IMG/VR virus record: IMGVR_UViG_3300045988_007046
Span: 1 to 51,479 of that record
Direction: 5' to 3' (one strand)
Length of the DNA: 51,479 nt
DNA from: a virus
Lineage: Duplodnaviria; Heunggongvirae; Uroviricota; Caudoviricetes
The position numbers and the translations under genes are program-made. Shown here one piece after another: positions 22,946 through 39,852 of this stretch (positions are counted from its first letter, which is position 1; every line of letters begins with the position of its first letter). The notes under the pieces were generated by a model. It did no database searches, was not told where the DNA came from, and saw nothing but the letters and a program-made list of their open reading frames with translations.

Positions 22946-23277
22946 TGGGAACATTAACTATTGATGGTAAGAATAAAATCCTCGCCACGCTAACCCCAAC
23001 GACTATTATTTTACACAATGTAGACCCAACGGCAGACCCTACAGCAAATAAGGTTACTCAGCCAGTGGCTATTTATTTTTCTGAACCGGATAATGGCTTA
23101 ATTGCCTCAGAAGACACAGTTAATATTACTGTCCCAGCTTCTGCAACGGTCTCACACTATAGCTTGTGGGATGCTAACGATAAATGCGTGGCAACTGGTG
23201 CTCTTAGCAAACCTCAATTCTTTGCTGAAGAAGGTATCTATGTTATCTCTTCAGTCTCTGTAGATTTAAACAAATAG
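22945..23277 (+). CDS. hypothetical head-module protein
   Basis: 110-aa ORF in the tightly packed late operon. Confidence 0.5.
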   Translation: MGTLTIDGKNKILATLTPTTIILHNVDPTADPTANKVTQPVAIYFSEPDNGLIASEDTVNITVPASATVSHYSLWDANDKCVATGALSKPQFFAEEGIYVISSVSVDLNK

Positions 23278-23288
23278 GGTGAGTAAAA

Positions 23289-24635
23289 ATGAGTTCGAAT
23301 ATCTTCAGACTTGCTGATAGATTATTCAACCAACCTTTACTAGCCACTGAATCATTAGCTCACTCAGCAGCAACTTATGTGAATAACAGATTGCTGGGTG
23401 ATGTCCAAGCAGCAGTAAACTTTGATAAACCCAAAGGTGAAGCAAGAAGTCTTTTAAAAGTAAAAGATGACATTGCTATTATCCCTATTATGGGTGGTTT
23501 AACCCATCGTATGACATTCATTGATGCAATGTGTACAGGTGGATTAAGCTCTTATGAAGGTTTGCGTAGAGGCTTTGACGAAGCTTTAGCAGATGAGTCA
23601 ATCAAGACTATTGTTCTGCACATTGATTCTGGTGGTGGTGAAGCTTCAGGTTGCTTTGAATTAGCACGTCACATTATGGCTTCAAGAGGCCAAAAGAAAA
23701 TTATTGCTTATGTAGATGAGTTCGCTTGTTCCGCTGCATACGCTCTTGCATCTTCTGCTGAAGAAATTATTGCATCACCAGATGCAGATGTTGGTTCTAT
23801 TGGTGTAATTATGGTTCATCAGGAATTAACTAAGGCATTTGAAAAGAATGGCGTAACAATTAACGTCATCAAAGCTGGTGAGTTTAAAGGTATGGGTTCA
23901 CCATTCCAAGCACTCTCAGAAGAAAGCAAAGAAAGACTTCAAAAGAGAATTAATGATACCTACGCAACCTTTACAGGTTTTGTAGCCGAATCTCGTAATC
24001 TCTCTGAAGAAGCTGTAAAGAATACTGAGGCGAATGTTTATTCTGCTCAGGAAGCTCTTGAACTTGGTTTAATTAACTCAATCATGTCTCAAGATGATTT
24101 CTTAAATTACTTACAAGGTTCTGAAGAGGCTCCTGTAAGTTTAAACGTTAACAATTCAGGTGAAGAAATGACTGAACAAGAAAAGCAAGAACTAGAAGCT
24201 TTGCGTCTTCAGGTTGCTCAAATGAAAGCTAAAGAACAGGAAGCTGCTTTGTCAGATTTGACTAATAAGATTTCTGCTTCTGCTGAAGCTTTTGGATTTG
24301 ATGCAAAAGAAGCTGCAACGACTATTTTAGGTGCTGGTCTTGATAACCCTCTGAGTGTTCTGTTTATGAATGCTATGGAAGGTGCTAACCAGAAACTTAA
24401 TGAAACTATCGCGTCCCATGCTTCTGCAATGGAAGAAAAAGAATCAGAAATTACCAAGCTGAAAGAAACTGCTGGTGCTGTTCTTGAACATTCCAACGCT
24501 ATGGAAGAAATGGGTAATGACGGCGAAGCTGATTTGGTTGAAGAAGAAAAAGAACCAGCTAAGAATGCTTCCGAAGACACCGCTGAACAACGCAAACTGG
24601 CTCTCCAGAATGCTCTAAAATCTCTTATCAAATAA
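23289..24635 (+). CDS. head maturation protease (S49/ClpP-like) fused to a scaffold-like coiled-coil domain
   Basis: N-terminal region with IIPIMGGL and IDSGGGEASG resembles S49 signal-peptide-peptidase-type proteases; C-terminal 170 aa is Ala/Glu-rich coiled coil; lies between portal and capsid. Confidence 0.6.
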   Translation: MSSNIFRLADRLFNQPLLATESLAHSAATYVNNRLLGDVQAAVNFDKPKGEARSLLKVKDDIAIIPIMGGLTHRMTFIDAMCTGGLSSYEGLRRGFDEALADESIKTIVLHIDSGGGEASGCFELARHIMASRGQKKIIAYVDEFACSAAYALASSAEEIIASPDADVGSIGVIMVHQELTKAFEKNGVTINVIKAGEFKGMGSPFQALSEESKERLQKRINDTYATFTGFVAESRNLSEEAVKNTEANVYSAQEALELGLINSIMSQDDFLNYLQGSEEAPVSLNVNNSGEEMTEQEKQELEALRLQVAQMKAKEQEAALSDLTNKISASAEAFGFDAKEAATTILGAGLDNPLSVLFMNAMEGANQKLNETIASHASAMEEKESEITKLKETAGAVLEHSNAMEEMGNDGEADLVEEEKEPAKNASEDTAEQRKLALQNALKSLIK

Positions 24636-24646
24636 GGAACACAATA

Positions 24647-25024
24647 ATGGCATATCAAGGTTTTACTAAGTTAGGTAAAAGAGAACCTCTGAATGATATC
24701 ATTCTTTGGGAACAGGTTACCCCAACAGGCCACTCTCGTAAAGAGTACACTCCACAGGCATCTACAGAATATCGTGTAGGTGAAGTTCTGAAGGAAGACG
24801 GTACTAAAGTCGCAGCAGGGGAAGAAGCTCAGGCTGATTCTGTATGTATCGTTAACTTTTATTCAGACCTGCAACTGTCTTACCACGGTCAGTTGAAAGT
24901 TGTTGGTATTTACCGTGACGCAGAACTGAAAGACATGCTTACTCTTGAGTCTGGTGTTAATGCTAAGAACGTCAAGAAAGCTCTGGCTGCTAAAGGTATT
25001 GATTTCGTACCAACTGGCCTGTAA
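24647..25024 (+). CDS. hypothetical protein (possible head decoration or scaffold accessory)
   Basis: 125-aa ORF between protease and major capsid. Confidence 0.45.
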   Translation: MAYQGFTKLGKREPLNDIILWEQVTPTGHSRKEYTPQASTEYRVGEVLKEDGTKVAAGEEAQADSVCIVNFYSDLQLSYHGQLKVVGIYRDAELKDMLTLESGVNAKNVKKALAAKGIDFVPTGL

Positions 25025-25057
25025 TAACAATAATAAGACATTCTGGAGAATTTTACA

Positions 25058-26161
25058 ATGTTGACTAATTCTGAAAAAAGCAGATTTTTCCTTGCTGACC
25101 TGACTGGTGAAGTCCAGTCTATCCCAAATACTTATGGGTATATTTCCAACTTAGGTCTGTTCCGTTCAGCACCAATCACCCAAACTACTTTCCTTATGGA
25201 CTTGACTGATTGGGATGTTAGCTTGCTTGATGCGGTAGACCGTGATAGCCGTAAAGCAGAGACTAGCGCACCTGAGCGTGTTCGTCAAATCAGCTTCCCA
25301 ATGATGTACTTCAAAGAAGTTGAAAGCATCACTCCTGATGAAATTCAGGGTGTACGTCAGCCAGGCACTGCAAACGAACTGACTACTGAAGCTGTAGTAC
25401 GTGCTAAGAAGCTGATGAAGATTCGTACCAAGTTCGATATTACTCGTGAGTTCCTGTTTATGCAAGCTCTGAAGGGTAAAGTTGTTGATGCTCGTGGTAC
25501 TCTGTATGCTGACCTGTACAAGCAGTTCGACGTTGAGAAGAAAACTGTTTACTTCGACCTTGACAACCCTAATGCTGACATCGACGCTTCTATTGAAGAA
25601 CTGCGTATGCACATGGAAGACGAAGCTAAGACTGGCACTGTAATCAACGGTGAAGAAATTCACGTAGTTGTTGACCGTGTATTCTTCAGCAAACTGGTTA
25701 AGCATCCTAAGATTCGTGACGCTTATCTTGCACAGCAGACTCCGCTGGCTTGGCAACAGATTACTGGTTCTCTGAGAACTGGTGGTACTGACGGCGTTCA
25801 GGCTCACATGAACACCTTCTACTACGGTGGTGTTAAGTTTGTCCAGTACAACGGTAAGTTCAAAGACAAGCGTGGTAAGGTTCATACTCTGGTGAGCATT
25901 GATGGTGCTGGTGCAGAGGTTGGTGTAGGACACGCTTTCCCTAACGTTTCTATGCTTGGTGAAGCAAACAACATCTTCGAAGTGGCTTATGGTCCATGTC
26001 CTAAGATGGGTTACGCAAATACACTTGGTCAGGAACTGTACGTATTCGAATATGAAAAAGACCGTGACGAAGGTATTGACTTCGAAGCTCACTCTTACAT
26101 GCTGCCATACTGTACTCGTCCTCAGTTGCTGGTAGATGTTCGTGCTGACGCTAAAGACTAA
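25058..26161 (+). CDS. major capsid protein (putative)
   Basis: 367-aa ORF after protease/scaffold; strong codon bias; call is positional. Confidence 0.55.
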   Translation: MLTNSEKSRFFLADLTGEVQSIPNTYGYISNLGLFRSAPITQTTFLMDLTDWDVSLLDAVDRDSRKAETSAPERVRQISFPMMYFKEVESITPDEIQGVRQPGTANELTTEAVVRAKKLMKIRTKFDITREFLFMQALKGKVVDARGTLYADLYKQFDVEKKTVYFDLDNPNADIDASIEELRMHMEDEAKTGTVINGEEIHVVVDRVFFSKLVKHPKIRDAYLAQQTPLAWQQITGSLRTGGTDGVQAHMNTFYYGGVKFVQYNGKFKDKRGKVHTLVSIDGAGAEVGVGHAFPNVSMLGEANNIFEVAYGPCPKMGYANTLGQELYVFEYEKDRDEGIDFEAHSYMLPYCTRPQLLVDVRADAKD

Positions 26162-26182
26162 TATTCTTAAGGAGGGTTATGA

Positions 26183-26632
26183 ATGTGTTATACAGGCGAC
26201 CCAGCCAATAACCCTCTTGATAGAGTAAGAATCCTCTGCACAGACACCAATAATGATGAAATTCTTATTGAACAGTCTGTGCTAGAGTGGTTCTATCTAG
26301 AATCTGGAAAGGATGAAAAGAAAGCAGCCATCAAAGCTCTTAAATATTTACTCTTTCAAGTAGCCAAGATGGGAGATGAGAAGGTTGGTGGTGTTTATTT
26401 ACGTAACTCTTCCAGATTCAAATCTCTGAAAGCTGTTTATGACGACCTTGTTAAAAGCTCTGTTTCAGGACTACCCTATGCAGGTGGTATTAATCAGTGT
26501 GACATTGATATGCGTCGTCAGAATCCTTGCTCTGTCAAGAAATACACAGAATATGGTGATGCTGCCAGATACGAAGGCAGAGATTACTGCAACCGTGTTA
26601 ATGGCGTATTTATTATCGAGCGAGATGAATAA
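26183..26632 (+). CDS. hypothetical head-completion or connector protein
   Basis: 149-aa ORF with GGAGGG RBS. Confidence 0.5.
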   Translation: MCYTGDPANNPLDRVRILCTDTNNDEILIEQSVLEWFYLESGKDEKKAAIKALKYLLFQVAKMGDEKVGGVYLRNSSRFKSLKAVYDDLVKSSVSGLPYAGGINQCDIDMRRQNPCSVKKYTEYGDAARYEGRDYCNRVNGVFIIERDE

Positions 26633-27114
26633 TGGTTAAAAGGGTTATTCACCCCGCTAGAGCAAAATTAGTCGGGGCTATGAAGAACTTGCAAACGGCT
26701 AATGCTCAAGTTGGGTATTTTCAAGAACAAGGTCAACATAGCTCTGGTTTTTCTTATCCTGCTTTAATGTATTTACAAGAAGTTATTGGGGTTCCTTCAG
26801 CTTCTGGTAAAGTATATCGTAGGTTGTTTGAAATCACTATGATGCTAAACAGACAGACCTTGTTAGAGCAGACTAAGAAGAATCTATATAAGCAACTTAG
26901 CAGTCTCAACGTAGACCCCTCAGATACCTTAGAAGCATTTGCAAAGAATGCTCAAAAGGCAATTAAAAGAGGTTTTGGTAATTCTGCTATCCTCCCTCCT
27001 AACGCACCTTCCACAGTCAAGAAAAAAGGCTTTAATGCACCTCTTGTTGAGACAGGTGACTTAAGGGATAACCTTGCTTATAAAATTTCTACTAAGAAGG
27101 GTATTAAGAAATGA
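26632..27114 (+). CDS. hypothetical head-tail joining protein
   Basis: 160-aa ORF with overlapping stop/start. Confidence 0.5.
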   Translation: MVKRVIHPARAKLVGAMKNLQTANAQVGYFQEQGQHSSGFSYPALMYLQEVIGVPSASGKVYRRLFEITMMLNRQTLLEQTKKNLYKQLSSLNVDPSDTLEAFAKNAQKAIKRGFGNSAILPPNAPSTVKKKGFNAPLVETGDLRDNLAYKISTKKGIKK

Positions 27115-27512
27115 GACTCTTAAACAGACACAGCTTTGTAGTAAAGCGTAAAGTCTCTGAAGACGGTTATTATAATGATGATGGTGATTGGGTAGCTTCA
27201 CAAGATATTGTAGAGGTTAACTGTAAAGGTAATATCCAGCCATATATCAAAGGTTCTGTAAAGAATGGTACACAGATTGCTTTACCGGAAGGTATTAGAC
27301 TAACCGATACAAGAATCCTGTATACTACATATAAACTTAGAACTTCAGATGATGTAGAGTGGAATGAGTCTGATATTGTTATGATTGATGGTCATGAGTA
27401 TGAAGTATTTATGACTATGGATTGGTCACAGCAATTAGCCCATACATCCCATTATGAATATATCATTATTAGAAGGGATAAAATGAATGCAGTTAGAAAC
27501 AGCAGAACTTGA
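27111..27512 (+). CDS. hypothetical head-tail joining protein
   Basis: 133-aa ORF with 4-nt overlap. Confidence 0.5.
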   Translation: MRLLNRHSFVVKRKVSEDGYYNDDGDWVASQDIVEVNCKGNIQPYIKGSVKNGTQIALPEGIRLTDTRILYTTYKLRTSDDVEWNESDIVMIDGHEYEVFMTMDWSQQLAHTSHYEYIIIRRDKMNAVRNSRT

Positions 27513-28086
27513 AAAAGGTCTAGTTAGAACCTTAGTGGATGTTATTGGTCACAGATTAGCTCGTGATAAAAATAATAGACCAAACGTAATTAGAGCTTAC
27601 CCTTCTGATAACTCAAATGACAAAGGTTTAAAACCTGACCAGCCATTTATTACCGTATATTGTCAAGATGCTGCAACACCTTATGGTTGGGTTCTTGATA
27701 AGTTTGTTGAAGATGATGTAGTTTGTTACAGAATTGCTTTTCAGATTCCTGTATTAATTACGGTAAATGGGAAAGGTGCTCACAGTATTATGCTTGAGCT
27801 TAAACAACGATTAGAGATGAGTTCAGTCAGGGATTTAATTCTTGAAGAGACAGGAGCTACAGTGCTAGACACTGGAGCCATCCCAAATGACTACACTTAT
27901 CTCAATACAGATTTCGAAAATTCTGCGCCTCTTGTTGTAACTCTTGTAAAAAATTCAGTCCTGAAAGATGAACGCGGAAGTATTATTGAGCGTGTCATTG
28001 TTGATGGCGAGTTGGTTTATGAAGAAGGACAAGAGCCACCAGAATATACTATCCATCTAGATGTAGACTCCAAAGGGGTAAAATAA
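27487..28086 (+). CDS. hypothetical tail-completion protein
   Basis: 199-aa ORF. Confidence 0.5.
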   Translation: MQLETAELEKGLVRTLVDVIGHRLARDKNNRPNVIRAYPSDNSNDKGLKPDQPFITVYCQDAATPYGWVLDKFVEDDVVCYRIAFQIPVLITVNGKGAHSIMLELKQRLEMSSVRDLILEETGATVLDTGAIPNDYTYLNTDFENSAPLVVTLVKNSVLKDERGSIIERVIVDGELVYEEGQEPPEYTIHLDVDSKGVK

Positions 28087-29439
28087 ATGTGGAATCCAAT
28101 TGTTAATGTAGATATTACATTGAACACCGCAGGAACTACAAGAGAAGGTTTTGGTTTGCCACTATTCTTAGCTTCAACAGATAACTTTGAAGAAAGAGTG
28201 CGTGGTTATACTTCCTTAACTGAAGTTGCTGAAGATTTCGATGAGAATACTGCTGCATATAAGGCTGCTAAACAACTTTGGAGTCAGACTCCTAAAGTAA
28301 CTCAGCTTTATATTGGTAGACGCGCTATGCAGTACACTGTATCAATTCCTGATGAGGTTACTGAGAGCACGGACTACTCAATTACTGTAGCTGTCGGTGG
28401 GGGAATGTCACAACCATTCCAGTACACCTCACAAGGTGAAGATACTGCCGAGAATGTATTACAACAGTTTAAAACACAGATTGAAGCTGACCAATCAATT
28501 AAAGATAAAGTTTCAGTCAATGTTACTGGTAGCAACGGTTCTGCCACAATGGTCATCTCCAAAGCTGGTGACAATGATTTCGTGAAGGTAACCACTACAG
28601 CACAAACTGTGTCTATTGCAAGCACAACTGCTGATACAGCGTCAACTGCTCTGGCAGCTATTGAAGCTTATTCTACCGACTGGTATTTCATTGCAGCAGA
28701 AGACAGAACTCAACAGTTTGTTTTGGCAATGGCTTCTGAGATTCAGGCTCGTAAGAAAATCTTCTTCACAGCTAACTCTGATGTAGCAGCACTGCAAGGT
28801 ACAGAATTAAATAGTGCAAATGATGTTCCAGCACAGCTTGCTAAGAGTATGTATACTCGCACAGTTTGCTTGTGGCATCACACAGCGGCAGAAGATTATC
28901 CAGAGATGGCATATATTGCTTATGGCGCTCCATACGATGCAGGGTCAATTGCTTGGGGTAATGCTCAGTTGACTGGTGTAGCTGCTTCTTTACAGCCAGC
29001 TAATAAGAGACCTCTGACAAGCATTCAGAAGTCAGCTTTAGATGTACGTCACTGTAACTTTATCGACCTTGATGGTGGTGTTCCAGTGGTTCGTAGAGGG
29101 ATTACTTCTGGTGGGGAATGGATTGATATCGTCCGTGGTGTTGACTGGTTAGAATCAGACCTGAAAACTTCTCTGAGAGACTTGCTAATTAACCAGAAGG
29201 GTGGTAAGATTACTTATGATGATACTGGTATTACCCGTATTCGTCAAGTCATTGAAACCTCTCTACAAAGAGCAGTCAACAGAAACTTCCTGTCATCTTA
29301 CACAGTTAATGTTCCTAAAGCCTCTCAAGTTGCTTTGGCAGACAAGAAAGCTCGTATCCTGAAAGATGTTACCTTCGCAGGTATCTTAGCAGGGGCTATC
29401 TTGGATGTTGACTTGAAAGGTACAGTGGCTTACGAATAA
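28087..29439 (+). CDS. tail sheath protein (putative)
   Basis: 450-aa ORF immediately upstream of a ~150-aa tube-sized ORF and the chaperone/tape-measure genes; positional inference. Confidence 0.45.
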   Translation: MWNPIVNVDITLNTAGTTREGFGLPLFLASTDNFEERVRGYTSLTEVAEDFDENTAAYKAAKQLWSQTPKVTQLYIGRRAMQYTVSIPDEVTESTDYSITVAVGGGMSQPFQYTSQGEDTAENVLQQFKTQIEADQSIKDKVSVNVTGSNGSATMVISKAGDNDFVKVTTTAQTVSIASTTADTASTALAAIEAYSTDWYFIAAEDRTQQFVLAMASEIQARKKIFFTANSDVAALQGTELNSANDVPAQLAKSMYTRTVCLWHHTAAEDYPEMAYIAYGAPYDAGSIAWGNAQLTGVAASLQPANKRPLTSIQKSALDVRHCNFIDLDGGVPVVRRGITSGGEWIDIVRGVDWLESDLKTSLRDLLINQKGGKITYDDTGITRIRQVIETSLQRAVNRNFLSSYTVNVPKASQVALADKKARILKDVTFAGILAGAILDVDLKGTVAYE

Positions 29440-29454
29440 TAGAGGTAAATTGGA

Positions 29455-29901
29455 ATGGCTATGTATCAGCAATATTCCCCTAAAGACGTTGTATGTAGCT
29501 GGAATGGTATTGCCATTGAAGGCTTTGCCCCAGACTCATTTTTACGTCTACAGAGAACATCACCACTTATCACACCAGTTGTAGGTGCAGGTGGTCAGGT
29601 TGCTCTGACAAGAAATGCAGACAAGACAGGTACTATTGAGATTGAGCTAATGCAGACTTCTCTCTCTAACCAGATGCTTTCTGCAATTCAAGCTAAACAA
29701 GACAACATGGAACTTGAAGAAGATATTTCTTCTAACTTCGTAATCTACGACCCATCAGGCTCTGTTCTGGCAACTGGTATTAATGCTTGGTTGCAGGAAT
29801 TACCACAGATTGAACTTGGGCGTGACCAGAACTCTAAAACTTGGATTTTTGGTTGTGAGAAGCTAGACTACACTTCTACAATTCCAGCGTCAAGTGTTTA
29901 A
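29455..29901 (+). CDS. tail tube protein (putative)
   Basis: 148-aa ORF followed by a strong terminator; positional inference. Confidence 0.45.
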   Translation: MAMYQQYSPKDVVCSWNGIAIEGFAPDSFLRLQRTSPLITPVVGAGGQVALTRNADKTGTIEIELMQTSLSNQMLSAIQAKQDNMELEEDISSNFVIYDPSGSVLATGINAWLQELPQIELGRDQNSKTWIFGCEKLDYTSTIPASSV

Positions 29902-29913
29902 TAAATCCTATAA

Positions 29914-29946
29914 GGGGGAGACTTTAAAAGGTCTTCCCCTTTTTTG
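29914..29946 (+). terminator. rho-independent terminator after the putative tube gene
   Basis: GGGGGAGAC...GTCTTCCCC hairpin followed by TTTTTTGTTT. Confidence 0.65.
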
Positions 29947-29974
29947 TTTCTTTTAAAAGTATTAAGGAATCACA

Positions 29975-30373
29975 ATGAAAACAGAATCTAAAGTAATTAA
30001 TGGTAAGAAAGTAAATATCGTTCTGCTTGGGGCAAGAGATGGGATTAAGATGTCTATGAAGCTGGGTAAAATTGTTGTTCCAACATTTGCACAGATGCTA
30101 TCAAGTCTGACTGATAAAGATAAGAAAGAAGCTCCAATGGTTCCATTTAAAGACCTTGTTGAAGCTTGTTTTGACAGAATTGAAGAAATTAACCTTGAAG
30201 AAATGGCTACCCTGTTATTTCAAGGGGCAACTGTTGATGACTTCCCACTCAATATTGATACATACTTCCAAGCAAACTACGGTGAGTTTATTGATTACTT
30301 AGCATTTGCGCTGGAGGCAAACTTCGGAAGTTTTTTCGAAGCAAGCATTTTCAAAAGCCTAACTTCTCAGTAA
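29975..30373 (+). CDS. tail assembly chaperone (putative)
   Basis: 132-aa acidic ORF directly upstream of the tape measure. Confidence 0.45.
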   Translation: MKTESKVINGKKVNIVLLGARDGIKMSMKLGKIVVPTFAQMLSSLTDKDKKEAPMVPFKDLVEACFDRIEEINLEEMATLLFQGATVDDFPLNIDTYFQANYGEFIDYLAFALEANFGSFFEASIFKSLTSQ

Positions 30374-30375
30374 AC

Positions 30376-30614
30376 ATGGGTAATACTCTACAGACACCAC
30401 TAACTGATGCTGCTGTAGAGGCAACCTATGAAGAAGCAGACGAGATGAAATTTGTGCTTGCTATTTATGGTATGGAAGGGTGTAAAGAAACACTTGACCA
30501 ACTCTTTGCTATGACATTCTCTGATTTATTATCATTGAGACAATTTCTTGAAATTCAGAGGTCGTATAAAGAGGAAATTGCTTACAACGAACTTAGAAGA
30601 GCAGGAAAAATGTA

Positions 30615-30615
<1 letters not shown>
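30376..30615 (+). CDS. tail assembly chaperone, second ORF (putative)
   Basis: 79-aa ORF between chaperone and tape measure, in a different frame. Confidence 0.4.
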
Positions 30616-38631
<8,016 letters not shown>

Positions 38632-38633
38632 TA

Positions 38634-39806
38634 ATGGCAGTAGGTGAAATTCAAATTAGTGCCTTGCCTCAAGCAGCCTTACCAATTGACCTTAGTGATA
38701 TCTTCCATCTTAAGCAGGGTATTGAGGATAAGAGGTGTACTCTTGAGCAATTACTTGCTCCACACGCAAGCCTAAGAAATAACCCTCATGGTGTTACTAA
38801 AACACAAATTGGTTTAGATAATGTTATTAATGCTCTTCAGTTAGTCGCTGCAAATAACTTATCAGATATTGTTAATGTAGCTGAGGCAAGAGCAAATCTA
38901 CAGATTATGTCTTCAGAAGAGGTTAATAACCTTGTCCAGCAACATATCAAGGACAAGAGTAACCCACACAATACAACTAAGGCACAGGTTGGTTTAAGTA
39001 ATGTTCAGAACTGGACAACATCTAATCTGTATAACGAAGATGCAGATAAGTATGCTACAGCAAGAGCAGTAAATAACTTGTACAAGGCTGTTCAGGCTTC
39101 TTATCCAGTAGGTACTATCCATCTTTCTATGAACTCTGCAAACCCTTCTACATACTTAATTTGTGGAGGTACTTGGGAGTTAGTTTCAAAAGGCAGGGCA
39201 TTGGTTGGCTATGACTCTGATACAAGACCAGCAGGTTCTGTATTTGGTGCTTCAACTGTCACTTTGTCAGTTAATAACATGCCTCAACACTCCCACTCTG
39301 TGTCACTTAGTGGTGGTGGTCACACTCATAACGCAACTGTGTCAATTTCAGCTTTTGATTATGGGACTAAGACTACAAACTCTTTTGACTATGGGACAAA
39401 AGCTACTAACACAACTGGTAACCATACACACAGTGTGTCAGGTAACACTAGCACCAATGGTACTCACAACCATGATGTGTATCCTAGAGAAAATGATGGT
39501 ACTGGCAATGCTGTGGCTGACTCTGATGGTGGTGGTGCAAGAAGGACATCAAGGACTTCTAGTGATGGTGCGCACTCACACAGCTTTAACGTCACATCTG
39601 GTGCATCAGGTGACCACAGCCACACGGTTGGTATTGGTGCTCACAGTCATACAGTTGGTATTGGTTCACATACGCATAGTGGCACTGTAACAGTTTCTTC
39701 TTCTGAACATACACATAGTGGCAATACAAATAGTGTTGGTGGAGGTCAGGCAGTTAATATTGAACAGCCATCCTTCGTACTGTATGTATGGCAGAGAACA
39801 GCTTAA
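38634..39806 (+). CDS. tail fibre protein with His-rich (HxH) C-terminal tip
   Basis: 390 aa; C-terminal GGHTHNATVS, NHTHSVSG, GAHSHSFNV, GDHSHTVGIGAHSHTVGIGSHTHSG repeats; C-terminal region paralogous to 39853-42201. Confidence 0.65.
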   Translation: MAVGEIQISALPQAALPIDLSDIFHLKQGIEDKRCTLEQLLAPHASLRNNPHGVTKTQIGLDNVINALQLVAANNLSDIVNVAEARANLQIMSSEEVNNLVQQHIKDKSNPHNTTKAQVGLSNVQNWTTSNLYNEDADKYATARAVNNLYKAVQASYPVGTIHLSMNSANPSTYLICGGTWELVSKGRALVGYDSDTRPAGSVFGASTVTLSVNNMPQHSHSVSLSGGGHTHNATVSISAFDYGTKTTNSFDYGTKATNTTGNHTHSVSGNTSTNGTHNHDVYPRENDGTGNAVADSDGGGARRTSRTSSDGAHSHSFNVTSGASGDHSHTVGIGAHSHTVGIGSHTHSGTVTVSSSEHTHSGNTNSVGGGQAVNIEQPSFVLYVWQRTA

Positions 39807-39852
39807 TTTCTTTACAGGGGCTTTATAGCCCCTTTTAAGAGGAAAATTTATA

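Noticed and set aside
25166-26092. 308-aa minus-strand ORF lying entirely inside the putative major capsid gene
   Set aside because: Antisense to a strongly codon-biased late gene in a uniformly plus-strand operon; low-complexity Asn/Val/Phe-rich translation typical of antisense frames.
39205-39690. 161-aa alternative-frame ORF inside the tail fibre gene, plus similar ORFs at 41378-42085
   Set aside because: Leu/Val/Thr/Gln-rich out-of-frame translations of the His/Gly/Ser-repeat region; same-strand overlap with a clearly coding frame.
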